Shown: piece by piece, positions 24,961 through 36,800 of the stretch | How positions within the stretch are numbered: position 1 is the stretch's first letter | Layout of the letters: each line of letters starts with the position of its first letter | NCBI RefSeq assembly: GCF_000315625.1 | Contig: NW_005434628.1 | Span: forward strand, 519,385-583,384 | Direction: 5' to 3' | DNA length: 64,000 nt | DNA from: Guillardia theta CCMP2712 | Lineage: Eukaryota; Protista; Cryptophyta | Made by a program: the position numbers and the translations under genes | Notes under the pieces: generated by a model | Database searches by the model: none | Seen by the model: only the letters and a program-made list of their open reading frames with translations | Told to the model about the DNA's origin: nothing

Positions 24961-27134
24961 ATGTCGTCTCCTCGAGGGCCTGATAGAGGGGCAGGAGGAG
25001 GAGGAGGGACAGGAGCAAATTCCGGCATCGATGGTCGGAGAGAGAGCTGGGGTCGAGAAGATTTCAAGTCTCCCAGGTTCAGGGATGCACCAGGTTTCTA
25101 CTCCTACGGACGTGGTGGACATGTTCCCCACGACGTGCACGGCAGGAGGGACGTGCCGGGTCCGAGGTCCTCTGCAGATCCCAAGAATCCTCTGAGCTCG
25201 GGTGGACCTCCACTCGTGCCCAACCAGGGTCCTCCCCCACCGTACCCCCATGCTCACGGCCCTCCTCCTGGGTATTCTCATCCTCCTCCCCATCCCCATG
25301 GACCTCCTCCTGGTTTCCCTCATCAAGGCCCACATTTCCCTCATCAGCCTCACTTCTCCCAGCAGTACCTTCACCCTATGCATGCTCCAATGCACCCCCA
25401 CCACCAGCAGCCAAGGCAGGGCTTGTCTTCGGCCCCTCAAACCCCATCCCTGCAACAGCCAGCAAGACCCCCCAATTTTCAACAGGCGCATCCAGCCAAG
25501 CAGACGCCATCGCAGCCGCAGCAGTGGCAGCATGAACAAGCAGTTCCTCCTCCCCGCAGCTCTGATCCAAGCGTGCAAGGGGTCTCGTATAATCCTCCCA
25601 AGCCTAACCCATCGCTTGCTCAGCAACCGCAGCCGCCACCGGCGTACCAGAGCAGGTTTAGCTATGCTCCTCCTTACGGTTCTAGCCAGCAGAAGCCTCC
25701 TTACCCTGGTCAGGGACAAGTCGTGGGATCAGGTGGCGATCGGAGTTGGCAAGGCAATGCCAGCCCACGCAGCGGTTGGGACCAAGGAGGAAGAGGAAAG
25801 CAAGGAAATTGGGATCAGCAGCATCCGGCTGCGCCATCAGAGGAGAAGGCAGCGGCTGGCGAGGGTTTGGGGGCAGGCAACGAGGGCAGCGACAAGAAGA
25901 TGGACAAGACGTTGCAGGACAGCAATCGAAATCTACAGGTGAACATCCCAAACAACCCTCACGTGCCGGGCTCGCCTCGCACGCCCTTTCGCACCGGTCA
26001 CAACAACTTCTCTCAGTCGCCGCACGCAAACTCGGCGAGCTCGACGAGTACAGGTGACGTGGCATCTCCCCAGATAGGTGCTGGTGGATGACTTGTGCCT
26101 CAAGACTTGGCGAGCGCGTCAGCTCCGGGACCTGCAGGTTCAGGTACGTCTGACAAGCTTTGAGACGCGAAACGGTGACGTTGAAGTCAGCCCAGCAGAG
26201 TCACAGCTCGACTTCCGGCTTCTCCTCCGGCACCAGTGAGCCTTCTCCTCTTACCCTCGGCCCCTCGCAGGCTTCACGGATGGGCTTCAGCCCTCACCCA
26301 GGGTTCCCCCCAGGCGTCACGGGTCTGAAGCATGAGCGGCAAGCAGGAGGTTGACATCGCTGACAGGCACCCCCACACGAGTAGCAGCCTTGAGGCAACA
26401 GGTACCACTTCCTCCTCCTCCTCCTCCTCCTCGCCTCTGGCTCCACCTCATCGTCCTCTTCAGGGCTCGATTGCCCCAGGCAGCCCGCGAACAATGTGAG
26501 CTGCTGATTCTCGGCTGAGTTCATCTCACCCTCATCACCACAAGGTCTCCTGTACCTAGCGGCTCCAACCCAGGGACTCCCAGGATGATTCCTCAGGTCG
26601 TCTTGCTCGCTTCTCCTCTGTCCCCTCACGCTGCTGCAGGCCTCTCCCTCGGATGTCGTGTGTTGTTGAGCGACGGCTCGCGGGATTGACTGACTCTCTC
26701 ACCAGGCTCAGACGCCGAGAGCCGAGCTCTCAGTCTTCTGCTCGCTTCCTAGCGGGTTGTCGGAAGAGGTTAGGAGCCGTGTCCAAGCGATATCAGGTTA
26801 CAATGAGCAGGTGGACAAGCTGGAGATTCAGCTGAGGATGGCTCGGAATGAGCTCAAGGAGCTGCAGGTGAGTCACAAGAGTAGATTGTAGTGTAAAATA
26901 GGCGTGTGAACAAGGCGTGGTGACTTGAGGGCTGGGGCAGGCAAAATCATTCGATGCGCTTGTGAACAGGAAGAGAGCTGAGTTCAACGTTCTTTCTGCC
27001 GAGCTTGAGGTTGAGAGTCGAGATGATGTTGTGGTGTCGGTGATTTGATTTCACAGCTCGAGATTGCAGACGAAGTCTACAAAAAGATTCAAGAGAAACT
27101 GGACGAACTTCAATATGAAGCTTTGAATTCATGA
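24961..27134 (+). CDS. Hypothetical protein: P/Q/H/G-rich low-complexity N-terminus and C-terminal coiled coil (multi-exon)
   Basis: Long first exon MSSPRGPDRG...; late exons read EEVRSRVQAISGYNEQVDKLEIQLRMARNELKELQ|AKSFDALVNRKRAEFNVLSAELE|LEIADEVYKKIQEKLDELQYEALNS*. Confidence 0.65.
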
Positions 27135-28646
27135 ATGAAATTTAAAAATATGAGAGTTTGAACCACGGTTTCTGATGGTATCCATGATTGCTCAGCTCTT
27201 GGTACCTTCAAGGGTCCACCTTTCAGCTTTTTACGGTACTCAAAGTTTCTCGGCATCTGCATGACGTCAGCCCTGGCAACAACCAGCGTGTCAACCTGTG
27301 GCAGGGAGGGCGATCGGGCGGGCACACGTGACGTGTCAGGTGCCTACGCAGGCAAGTCAAGCAAGCTAGCAAAGGCCTTTTGCGTCACCGTCGCCAAAGT
27401 CGAAGGCGCGAAGACAAGAAGGCGGCGCGGGTTTTGTCTTGGAAGCCATGCTGGAAAGCACCAATGAGAGAGTAGTGCAAGCATGCCGTGCTACCACAAG
27501 GTCCGACCGCCAAGCCTTGCGGCTTGACGTCAGGAGCTTCCATGCATTCATGGTGACGCGTTGACGGAAGACGCACTGTCGAACCTCGTCCATATGTGAG
27601 AAGAGCAGCAGCGGGAAGATTGTGTCTACCTCGATCACATGACGACAAGATCTGAGACGGCTTCGGCTCAAGCAAGTCGCTTTCAGTTCTCGCAGAATCG
27701 TCATCAACCTATCTCGTGTTCGCCGGAATTGAAGTCGCTCAACCTCCTATTTCACTGAGTGTCAGCACCAACCAAGCCACCACTCTCCATGCCCTCACTT
27801 GCATCATTCGTGATGAGTGCTGCAGCTTTTCCTTTTGCATGTGTCAGGTCATCACACATAGATCATCTTTCTTACGTATTCGCACAATGCTGATGTTCTC
27901 CGCAAGAAAGCGACAAAAACTTCGCGCGCCATTGTCGCCTCTTCTTGAGGCATGTAGGAATCGTCATCACCATGGCCTTGGATCTGATCGCCGTGTTCCT
28001 TTACCATCGTCGATCGGTCTGACGCCACTTTGATCTCTTCGCCCTCTGCGCGTGAAATCTGAGGCGAGGGAGGAGACGCTTCGTGGATTTCACAGTGGCT
28101 ATTTGATTCCGTGACTGAACTGACAGCTTCTTCAGCTGTACAACACTCTGACGCATGCTTGTTGGGCGACTCGACGAATCTGTCTTGATTCACTTCACTC
28201 CATACTTCACTCAATGAATGCTGACGCTCTGGCAGCTCAGAAATTTCCTTGAGGCCGTGCAGTCGTTTACTCCTTGCTAGGAGAACTCGATCAATGTGTG
28301 GGTATTGCGATCTTCTAGTTGCCTGTACTTGTATGGGGTCAACCAAGCCACTCCATCGACTCAACAATAGTTCGCTCTTGATCTCTTTCACTTGCGACTT
28401 GTCAATTTTCACAAGTTTATATGCATGCGATTGCGATTGTGCATGCATGGGGCTCGGTGTGGATTCAAGAAGAGAGATGAGGTGAAGCCGATGCTTTTCG
28501 CTCTGGAAAGACTGCATCAAGTTTGCATACAAACCATCACTTGTTCGACAAATCTCATTGCAACGATACTGACTCGCCTTCAAGAAAGAAGAGAATACTT
28601 GTGCTTGTTGCATGAACTCATTGATTACACAATTGTCTCCGTTCAT
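27110..28646 (-). CDS. Hypothetical protein (multi-exon)
   Basis: 264, 113 and 71 aa same-strand ORFs separated by short GT-AG-bounded gaps. No recognisable domain. Confidence 0.5.
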
Positions 28647-29362
28647 GATTTCTGGTGTTGATATGAGAAACAGATGATGTAGACGAGAGGTAGATTCGTT
28701 AGTATTGATAGAAAGAGGACAGGCAGGAAGTTGTGGTGCCTGACATCGAAGTGTACAACATCACGGAGGATGAGGATGACGATGGAGAGAGACTGGGACG
28801 ACCTCGGGGTGGGTTAGAGGAGAAAGAGGTTGATGTGGAGGAGGAGATCGCCTTGCTTTCCGCCAAATACTGGTTCCGATTCGAACAAAGAAATTGAAAA
28901 AAAAGAAAACTAAAATAAAAAAAAAGATAACTAACCACTGTAAAACTCATGCCAAGTTTTACTTCACTTTCTAGAGAGACTCCTGACGAGTTGCCTGTTG
29001 GACTTGAAGAGAAGACGTTCGACTCAAGAACAGGTTGGAATCGCGTTCAAGTTTGAGTTCAACACGGCTATCTGAACATGTTGTTCAAGTTTGAGTTCAA
29101 CACGGCTATCTGAACATGTTGGTTTGGCAAACGTGCACCGCTGCAGGACCCATCAAAGAATGCGATCGCTACATCTTTTGCTAAACAACAATTACTTTAC
29201 TGTTAATTGCCATTGGAAATTGCTTTCGAATGCCGGCCGAGCGAATTCCACACTGTGTGAGACAAGTAATGGCGAATTCTGTTTTCTGGTTCAGAAAGCG
29301 AGATATGTATCCATATTTTACTCATACAGATTAATGTCAGGGGTGTGCACAGGATGTCAGAA

Positions 29363-30512
29363 TCACTTTCTTCGTGAATGTCCTTTTTGTCTTCGCTCTT
29401 TTCCTGGTCGTTGTCCTTTGCCTTTCTTGGGCTTCCCTTTGAAGTCAGGTTTCTTGACTCCTGCAACACAAGAGGCCGTGAGAAGAAATCATACAACGAA
29501 GCATCGAAATTTTCAATGCGACAAAACCTGGAGGCAGCTGCTTGTTCCTCTTGGCAGAAAATTCAGACATGTCATGCGAGCTTTCAAACGTATTTCTCTT
29601 TGCTAGAGTCCTTGCTCTTCCTCCTCTCCCATACCTGTATGCAGAAATTAGGAAGCTTGGCAATCAAGCATCGTATCTTCACTTCTTATCGGCCGCAACT
29701 CTCTTGGCAGATTTTCGAGGAGAAGCGTCACTGAATCTTCCCTTCTTCTCATTGACGAATTCTTCCAGACCCTTCTTCTTTTCTCGAGAACCTGCAAAAC
29801 TCAAGAGTTCCTCTTCCTTGTCCATGTCTTTCTGCAAACTTTGATTCTTCCTCCATTTTGAAATGCTTTCCAGCTCATCCTTCTTTCTTTTGTCCTTCTC
29901 AATCTTTCGCTCAACTTGTAGTGCCTTGCCGTACTTCTTGGCTTCTCTCTGCTTCCTGCGGATTTCTGCCGCCTCGACCTTTGCGGATTGCTCAATTAGC
30001 TGTTTTTTCACCTTGAGCATGTGGTCATCCGTTTTTACCATCTCAGCATAGAAGTCTTTTGGTCTTTCATAAGGAATCCCTGAGCTTTTGCACATTTCTT
30101 GACAATCCTTCACACCTGCAAGTGCAATGTCGTAGAACGCCAGCTCTCGTTTCAAGTCGTCATTCACATCTTCAACCAGCGACTCTGCAGTAGTGCGTGC
30201 AGTGACACAGAATGTTTCTACCCAAGGAACTTTCTGTTTCCCTCCCAGGACAATGTCGCCCAGCTTCTCCATGATAAGCCCGGTGTTGTTGATCTTGGGC
30301 ATGCTGGCTGTCGCTGTCGCCAGAAGAGCGGCCTTCTCCATCTCAAACTCCTCCTCGTCATCCTCCTCGTCGTCTTCGTCCTCCTCGTCCTCATCGTGAC
30401 CTCCCCCATGCTCTTGGTCTTCTTCTTCACTGTCGTATTCGGATCCGTCAACCACCTCTATCTCCTCCTCCTCCTCCTCCTCCTCCTCCTCCTTCGAACT
30501 TTTCTTCCGCAT
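29363..30512 (-). CDS. EBP2: rRNA-processing protein EBP2
   Basis: VNDDLKRELAFY, IPYERPKDFYAEMVKTDDHM and KKYGKALQ. The spliced end reads QRPGKERRQKGHSRRK*. Acidic N-terminus. Confidence 0.93.
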
Positions 30513-33500
30513 GATCACGCGCACGTGAAGTCGTTTCGCCCGCACACCTTTTGCGATTAGACTACCCCCTTTGATTACTGTCAAACTACCGGCTCTTCTA
30601 GGGTCACCGTGGACCCGGCGCCACCCCGCGGCCCGGCCCGGCCACACGCCCGCCGGCGGCGGCCCGGGACCGCACGCCGCCGCCGGGTCACGGCACGGTT
30701 TGCCAGCACTGGCCGGTCCTAAAGGTCCGATCCGACCGTCTGAGCCCGGCCCGGCCCGGTCACTCAGTGCCACCGTCCGTGAGCGGCCCGAGTGCCCGGC
30801 AGCGGGGCCGGCCTGTGCACTGTGACTCAGCGCCAGCGGCGGGCGGGGGCACCGTGGCCCCGGGTGTACGTAAGTCTCACGCGGGGGGGCCGGGGCCACA
30901 TTTGAAATGCTAGTATATGAGTCGGACTATCTGACCTTCAAGCAACGTGGCGGCCGCGGCCCCCGGGCCCCCCGCCGGGGGTGACGGTCGTCACACACCG
31001 AGGCGCCGTGCCGCCGCTGGGCGGCTGGGCGGCCAGTTTTCCTTTTTTTGTTTAATTTTGATAGCTAAACGTGACGACACAAACCATAAAATTTCAAAAT
31101 GTTCAGAACATGTCGTGCTGGTAGAGACATGTAGCAGTGACCGGACTCTCCTGCCACCGATTGTCCTCGTACTGATTTTTAACTTAACTTTGAGTAAAGT
31201 GACCGGACAATGAAAAGACTATTCATAGCAGCATTGTCCATCGCGAGACTACTTGATACGGTCCGACGGTCTTTTACCGTTCGGGGTGTCTACCACACCG
31301 CGATCTCGACGTCACGGTTTTTGAGATCTCAAGCATTATACATAATACCCTGAGCTTATGTATAATACATAATTCTCGTGACTGCTCCTCAAATGGCAGA
31401 GGGGAAACATGCAGGGTTCGAGAGTGAAGGGGTGGGGGTGATAGGCATGCTGGAGAATAATGGGGTACAGGGAGTATGTCAGTGGGGGTAGCGACTTTTC
31501 GAAGTAGTTTCTGGGGGTGGGGTAATCAAAAGAAAGAAGAGGACTCTGGCAGAGCGGCGGAGGCAAAGCGAAATGGTCGTGAGGTAGCGGAGCATACGAC
31601 CACATTCCTCTGCATGTCGTGCGGGAGGCGGAGACAGATTGCTGCAGACCAGCATAAGTCGCCAGAAGACTTGTCCAATAGCATCGTCATTCACTGTGTC
31701 AACGATTCATAGGTCGGTGTTCATGGTTTGCTTGTGCACAACCATGCTGATTGTGGAAATGCTTTGATTTCCTGCCACAATGATAATGCTCCCGAAGCTA
31801 TTCAGAGTCACATGCATTTGTACTACCTCAAAGAACATTCCTTGTTATCTGTGTTAGTGTACACTTTCATCACTACCTGATTGTATTTACAGGGGATAAA
31901 ACTGGGTTTGCCACCTTTTCGAAGACGTTTGCAAGAAAGTAAGAAACCATGCTCAATCTATGTGACGAAATAATGCGAACCCAAAGCCGTTGATGAGCCC
32001 TTCAACAATGTCTTCCACTTGATGTTCAGTGATGAAATTTGCCATCACCGTCCTGCTATCTGACTGGCTTTGACGAAGTTTCACAATCTGAATACCTCCA
32101 CGAATGTATTGCAATCTGATGTGCTTTTATGCTTATTTAGGAAAACAAATGGAGATGGTGCGCTCGCCTCGCCTCGACATACAAAATCGTGTCGTTGCCA
32201 ACCATCATTTTACATGAAGTGAAAACGCTTTCAAGCTTTCGCGCTTCACGCCGGTTTAGAATACATTATTTGGTTTGAGATGGTTCGAATCTCATCATTC
32301 TTCTGGGTGTAGATTTTTCGTAATGCATATATGAGCACTTAAAACTCGACCTCAGAATCATGTAAAAAGTTCACACAGTTCACCATGTAAATGTTCTTGC
32401 TGTTAATTTCTCCAGTCTTTGTCTGTCGTTTCTTCCTACGTATCTTTTCTATGCTTGATCGTGCTTGCTTGTAGATTGTGTGTGTCCTGATACCGAAAGA
32501 AAGCCTAGCAAGTTCAAGGTACCCCACCTTGAGGAAGTTGTCATGCTGACCAAGTTGTCATGCTAGGTCAGCATGACATGCATATCAACAGCAAGCCATG
32601 AATTACTTGATTGGAGCTCGGAAACAGAAGATTTGTTGTGTCAATCTGTCATTCGTTCGTACAATATGCTAATGAGCCACCCGTTTACGGCAATCACACC
32701 GAGGCTGTTCTCCAAATCCTCTTTCTGCTGATTGACTGGAAGCTGGAAATCAAACCGTTCAAAAGTTATGGATAAAAATCAAAACGAACACGGCTGCATT
32801 GCTTTCACTCAAACTCTGTTGATGACTTTGAGTTTGTAGAGCTTGCTCTTCCATAAGGCGGATCTTGACAGGCTTTGCTTTCTTGTTGGGTGATGTATCC
32901 AGCAGAGAAGAAGGTTGGAGCGAACATGCTGCTGAGGGGCTCCAATCGGAGTTTTGAGACTTCCCGACAGCACACCTTGACCCCAGCACTGCCAACACTG
33001 ATAACCGGCAGCATTATGATTGCCAGCTGTGCGTTACTCTTCCTTGGCTGCTTTTTGTGACGTTCTTGTTGTGCATGCTACCAAGATCAGACTGAAAGTG
33101 TGCATGCTACCAAGATCAGACTGAAAGTGCGCACAGCGATTTGTTCTTGTCACAACATTTGTGTGATGACATGGGAGGATGAAATGCAACAATCATCGAT
33201 TATGGCTGTGCTGCAACTCAAGGCGTTGAGTATGAGCAGCAAGCAAGTCAAAAAGAGCTGAGGTCAGAGCCGGCAGACAGTCTTCTCTTCGAGCCCAAGC
33301 CAAACTCAGCTTCGTCGGACTCATTTCGAGCTATTTCTGCAAAGCAACATCTTGTACATCCCCTCAGCCTAGGCTACTCTTTACTTCTGCTCAATCTTGC
33401 CACCGTTCTCTAAAGCCTTCTGTATTATGCTGTAATGGTCGATCCTTTTTGTTTGAAATTCATAATTGATCGCTTTTCTCTTCCTGTTTTTGAGGTTGCG

Positions 33501-33808
33501 ACACCAACCAACCCATCTCCACTTCAATGCGCTCACGTGCCGGATCGGATCTGCATGAATTCTAAATCGACTTTATCACCACAAGATTTCTCTCCTCACC
33601 TGGTCTTTGGTAGTGCAGAACAACCTGGACTGATACCATCTTCTATCTCCGATGAAGAGCTTGTCCTGGGTGCGGCAAGTCACAAGGTTATGATGTCATA
33701 ATCACAAAGTATACTCATTCACTCCATCTCCTATTGGGTTTGTTGATTTTCGTGTAGGAAAGGGCAAGCAACATGCCGCGCTCTCCGAGTAAGAAGGTAA
33801 AGGATCAT

Positions 33809-36800
33809 TCAACAGCCTGCAGATGATGTTATAATCATCTTACTTGAGAAGAAACGATTCTCATACCTCCGTTCAATCAATGTTCTACGACGCGCGCGAT
33901 TCACCGGGTTGTAAATTTCTGTTTTTTGAAAGTATTCTCGTTTCGAATCAAATTTTCCTAAAGTTTTGTTTACATCCATACAATTCTTTTCCACGGATGT
34001 TTCTGTGACGGCTTCTGTTCCAATTGGTTTGTCCAGCAACAGTTGTTGGTTCTCGCCTTGGTTGTCGTATTCTCTGACTGTACAATCGTCAAGCTTATTT
34101 TCTGAACCATTCAAAGCACCACTTGGATAACTAAAGACACGTCTTCCTGTCTTCTCCATTGATTGCTCAGCTACATCCAAGCCGACTTCCTTAATCGTAT
34201 CACCAAAACGAGTCTCATTCACAGTCTTGAGAGGCTGGAACTTGAAGTCTGAGTTTTGAATATACGAAGATAACAATCCTAGTTCCATTTCGATTGATAT
34301 GCCTTGTTGCGATCTGCAGATTCTATCAGTTCCATTGCGGAAAAGAAACGACATGATGGGTCTTACCTTCTTCTATCAGAGAATTTCTTCCCTCTAGTTT
34401 CCCTTCGCTTCCAATACCGTAGTACTCGTTCAAAGACGTTGGAACTATGATCCGGGAACATGTCAGGCCCAAACTCGGCATGGTCAGAGAGATCCTCGTC
34501 GCCGTCAAAGGATGCCCCGATCCCATCGTATCTTGAGCGATGTCTTGACGGCCTGAGGGTTGGCCAGCGAAGCAAGTCATGTCGGACCCGGTCAAACGCT
34601 CGAGCCCCATCCCCTGAGTAGAGCGCCGCATCCTCCAGCTTGCCCAACCTCCGCCCTTGTTTGGGTACAAACTGACCATCCATCAAGTATCCGAAAGATG
34701 CTTCTGCTGATATCTGACGCCTGCAGTGCAGCTCTTCAAGCCAAGCTGGTCGATGAGGCTCCTTCACAAGCTTCGAGAAGAGGAGCTCCGGTCGCTGGTG
34801 GGCAGACCCTTCCGACAGCATCGTCGCCATACCTCCTGACAGATCGGGGGTACTCTTGCTTGTCCTGGCAAACTCCTCTAGATGCGGCAACGCTCTTTCA
34901 GGTTGCTCAAGAAGCTTCGAGAAGAGGAGCTCCGGTCGCTGGTGGGCAGACCCTTCCGACAGCATCGTCACGTTTGAAGGAGAGTCTTGTGTATTGTCAA
35001 GCTCACATGATGCAGGCTTTTGGATGCGGCAACGCTCTTTCAGGTTGCTCAAGAAGCTTCGAGAAGAGGAGCTCCGGTCGCTGGTGGGCAGACCCTTCCG
35101 ACAGCATCGCGTGTGTTGCTTCCGATTGTTGGTCAGAGCTTCTGGCTATCTCTTGAGTACTTGAAGACGCTGTGGAGTTGCTAGATTGACCACCAGTAGT
35201 AGAAGAGCCTTCGAGACTGCACAAACCTTTTTCTATTTCATGGTCCGTGGAGCAAGAGCTTGCAGTGAGAGCATCCTCATTTGAAGTGCTTAGCTGCTCC
35301 TGAAACCCAAACTTCCCTAGAGTTGACATCCTTCGGATTGCAACTGTAAGGTTTTTTGCGACATAAGCCTTGTTTCTTCTCAAAGCAAATACCAGGATCA
35401 GACTGCCACAGCTGGCACCAACGATACTGAGGATGACATGAAGCTGTGGCCCTGCTTGCTTCTGGTTCTCTTCGACGATTCTACTTTGTACCTTCACCCG
35501 CCATCCGAACCTCTTGAAGAGGGCGTCTGCGAGGTCATTGTCTGCCTTGTACTTCAGTTCATTTGCATTCTCAGTGGAGACAGCAAGTATACGGAAAGAT
35601 GGCTGGACAATAGTTGATTGCCTGCGATTCAACCCCTGGAAGGAGAGTGTAGTTATTACTTCAAGCCATGTTTTCAGAGTCGTCGCTATCGTCTCCACTG
35701 TCGGATCAAGCTGGCTGATGTCAACGTTTTTCGCGTCATCGGAAGACATGATGAGGTCTATCAATAAGTAAGCAAACGGCTTAACCAGAATATTCTTTGA
35801 AGCGACTGAACTTTCTCTGCCAAAACAGCAGGTCTTTGCCTGGAAACTTGATGATGCGAGAACAATCTTGACGACGCTATTTGATGTTCTGTCAGTGGAA
35901 GGACATGCCAGGCTTTCGTCGTTTAGGCCTGCAGCAATGCTACACATGTCGGGCAACCCATTGGCATTCACGACAGCGTAGGACTGATAAGCTCCATTCG
36001 TGTCCTGTACTCCCACAATCCTCAAGGAAGGAGCCAACGGCAAGATTTCAACGGGAGTCGTCGTAACAAAACCTTCTTTCACACAAGCCAAAGCACTAGT
36101 CGCACCCTCAACGAAACTGTTAGTCCCTTCCATACAAGGCGTACATTGACTGTTTCCGACAGTGTCCTTGTAAAACCCTTTTGAACATGGAGAGCACGAG
36201 CTCAAGGCATCCTTGAAAAACCCTTTTGAACACAAGCAGTCACTCAAAGATGTCGAGCCAGCACTTGACGTTGAGTTTGGGAAACATTCATAGCAGGCAA
36301 CAGAACCAGAGGAAGCAGGAATTCCATTGTACGTGCCTGGCGGACACATTATACACTCAAGCCCACTTGCCGACAAGTACGTTCCTGCACCACAGGGTCG
36401 ACAACCTCCCGCCTTGTCTAAAGAAGGAACTGAGCCAGGAGAGCAAACGCAGTCGGACGGTAACGAGCTCCCCTCAGCTGAAACCATATATGATCCACAA
36501 CTCACACAACTACTTGAAGCAACACGACTGCTGTACGTGCCGGGCGGGCATGCTGAGCAGCTCTTGAGGCCTTTCTCAGGCTTGTAGTACCCCGGCGGAC
36601 ACATCCTGCAGGCTGCGTACCCGGGCGTGGTGTTTGACGTTGGGCCGGAAGGGACGACCTGCAAGCTCAGGTTGGGCCCAGGCACGAGGCTTCCGTTGCC
36701 CGGCACCAGCATGTAGCCTGCCTCGCATCCGCAGTCGGCTTGTGACACGCTGCCCGCCGCAGACGAGGAATGCGGGGGACAGGCCGTGCAGCTCGTCGCT

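Noticed and set aside
29045-29121. 38-bp tandem duplication (also ~30 bp at 33070-33129)
   Set aside because: Two-copy local slippage with no further structure.
30513-30899. GC-rich N-terminal extension of the EBP2 ORF
   Set aside because: It is read-through of a stop-poor CCGG island from a non-ATG start. The likely start is MRKK at 30512.
31159-31206. Calling the dispersed motif a spliced-leader RNA gene
   Set aside because: ACTTTGAG resembles SL ends, but no canonical donor followed by an Sm site is evident and I cannot verify the cryptomonad SL sequence.
32539-32578. 13-bp inverted repeat TGTCATGCTGACC…GGTCAGCATGACA
   Set aside because: Isolated hairpin, probably a template-switch scar. 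No TSD or second copy seen.
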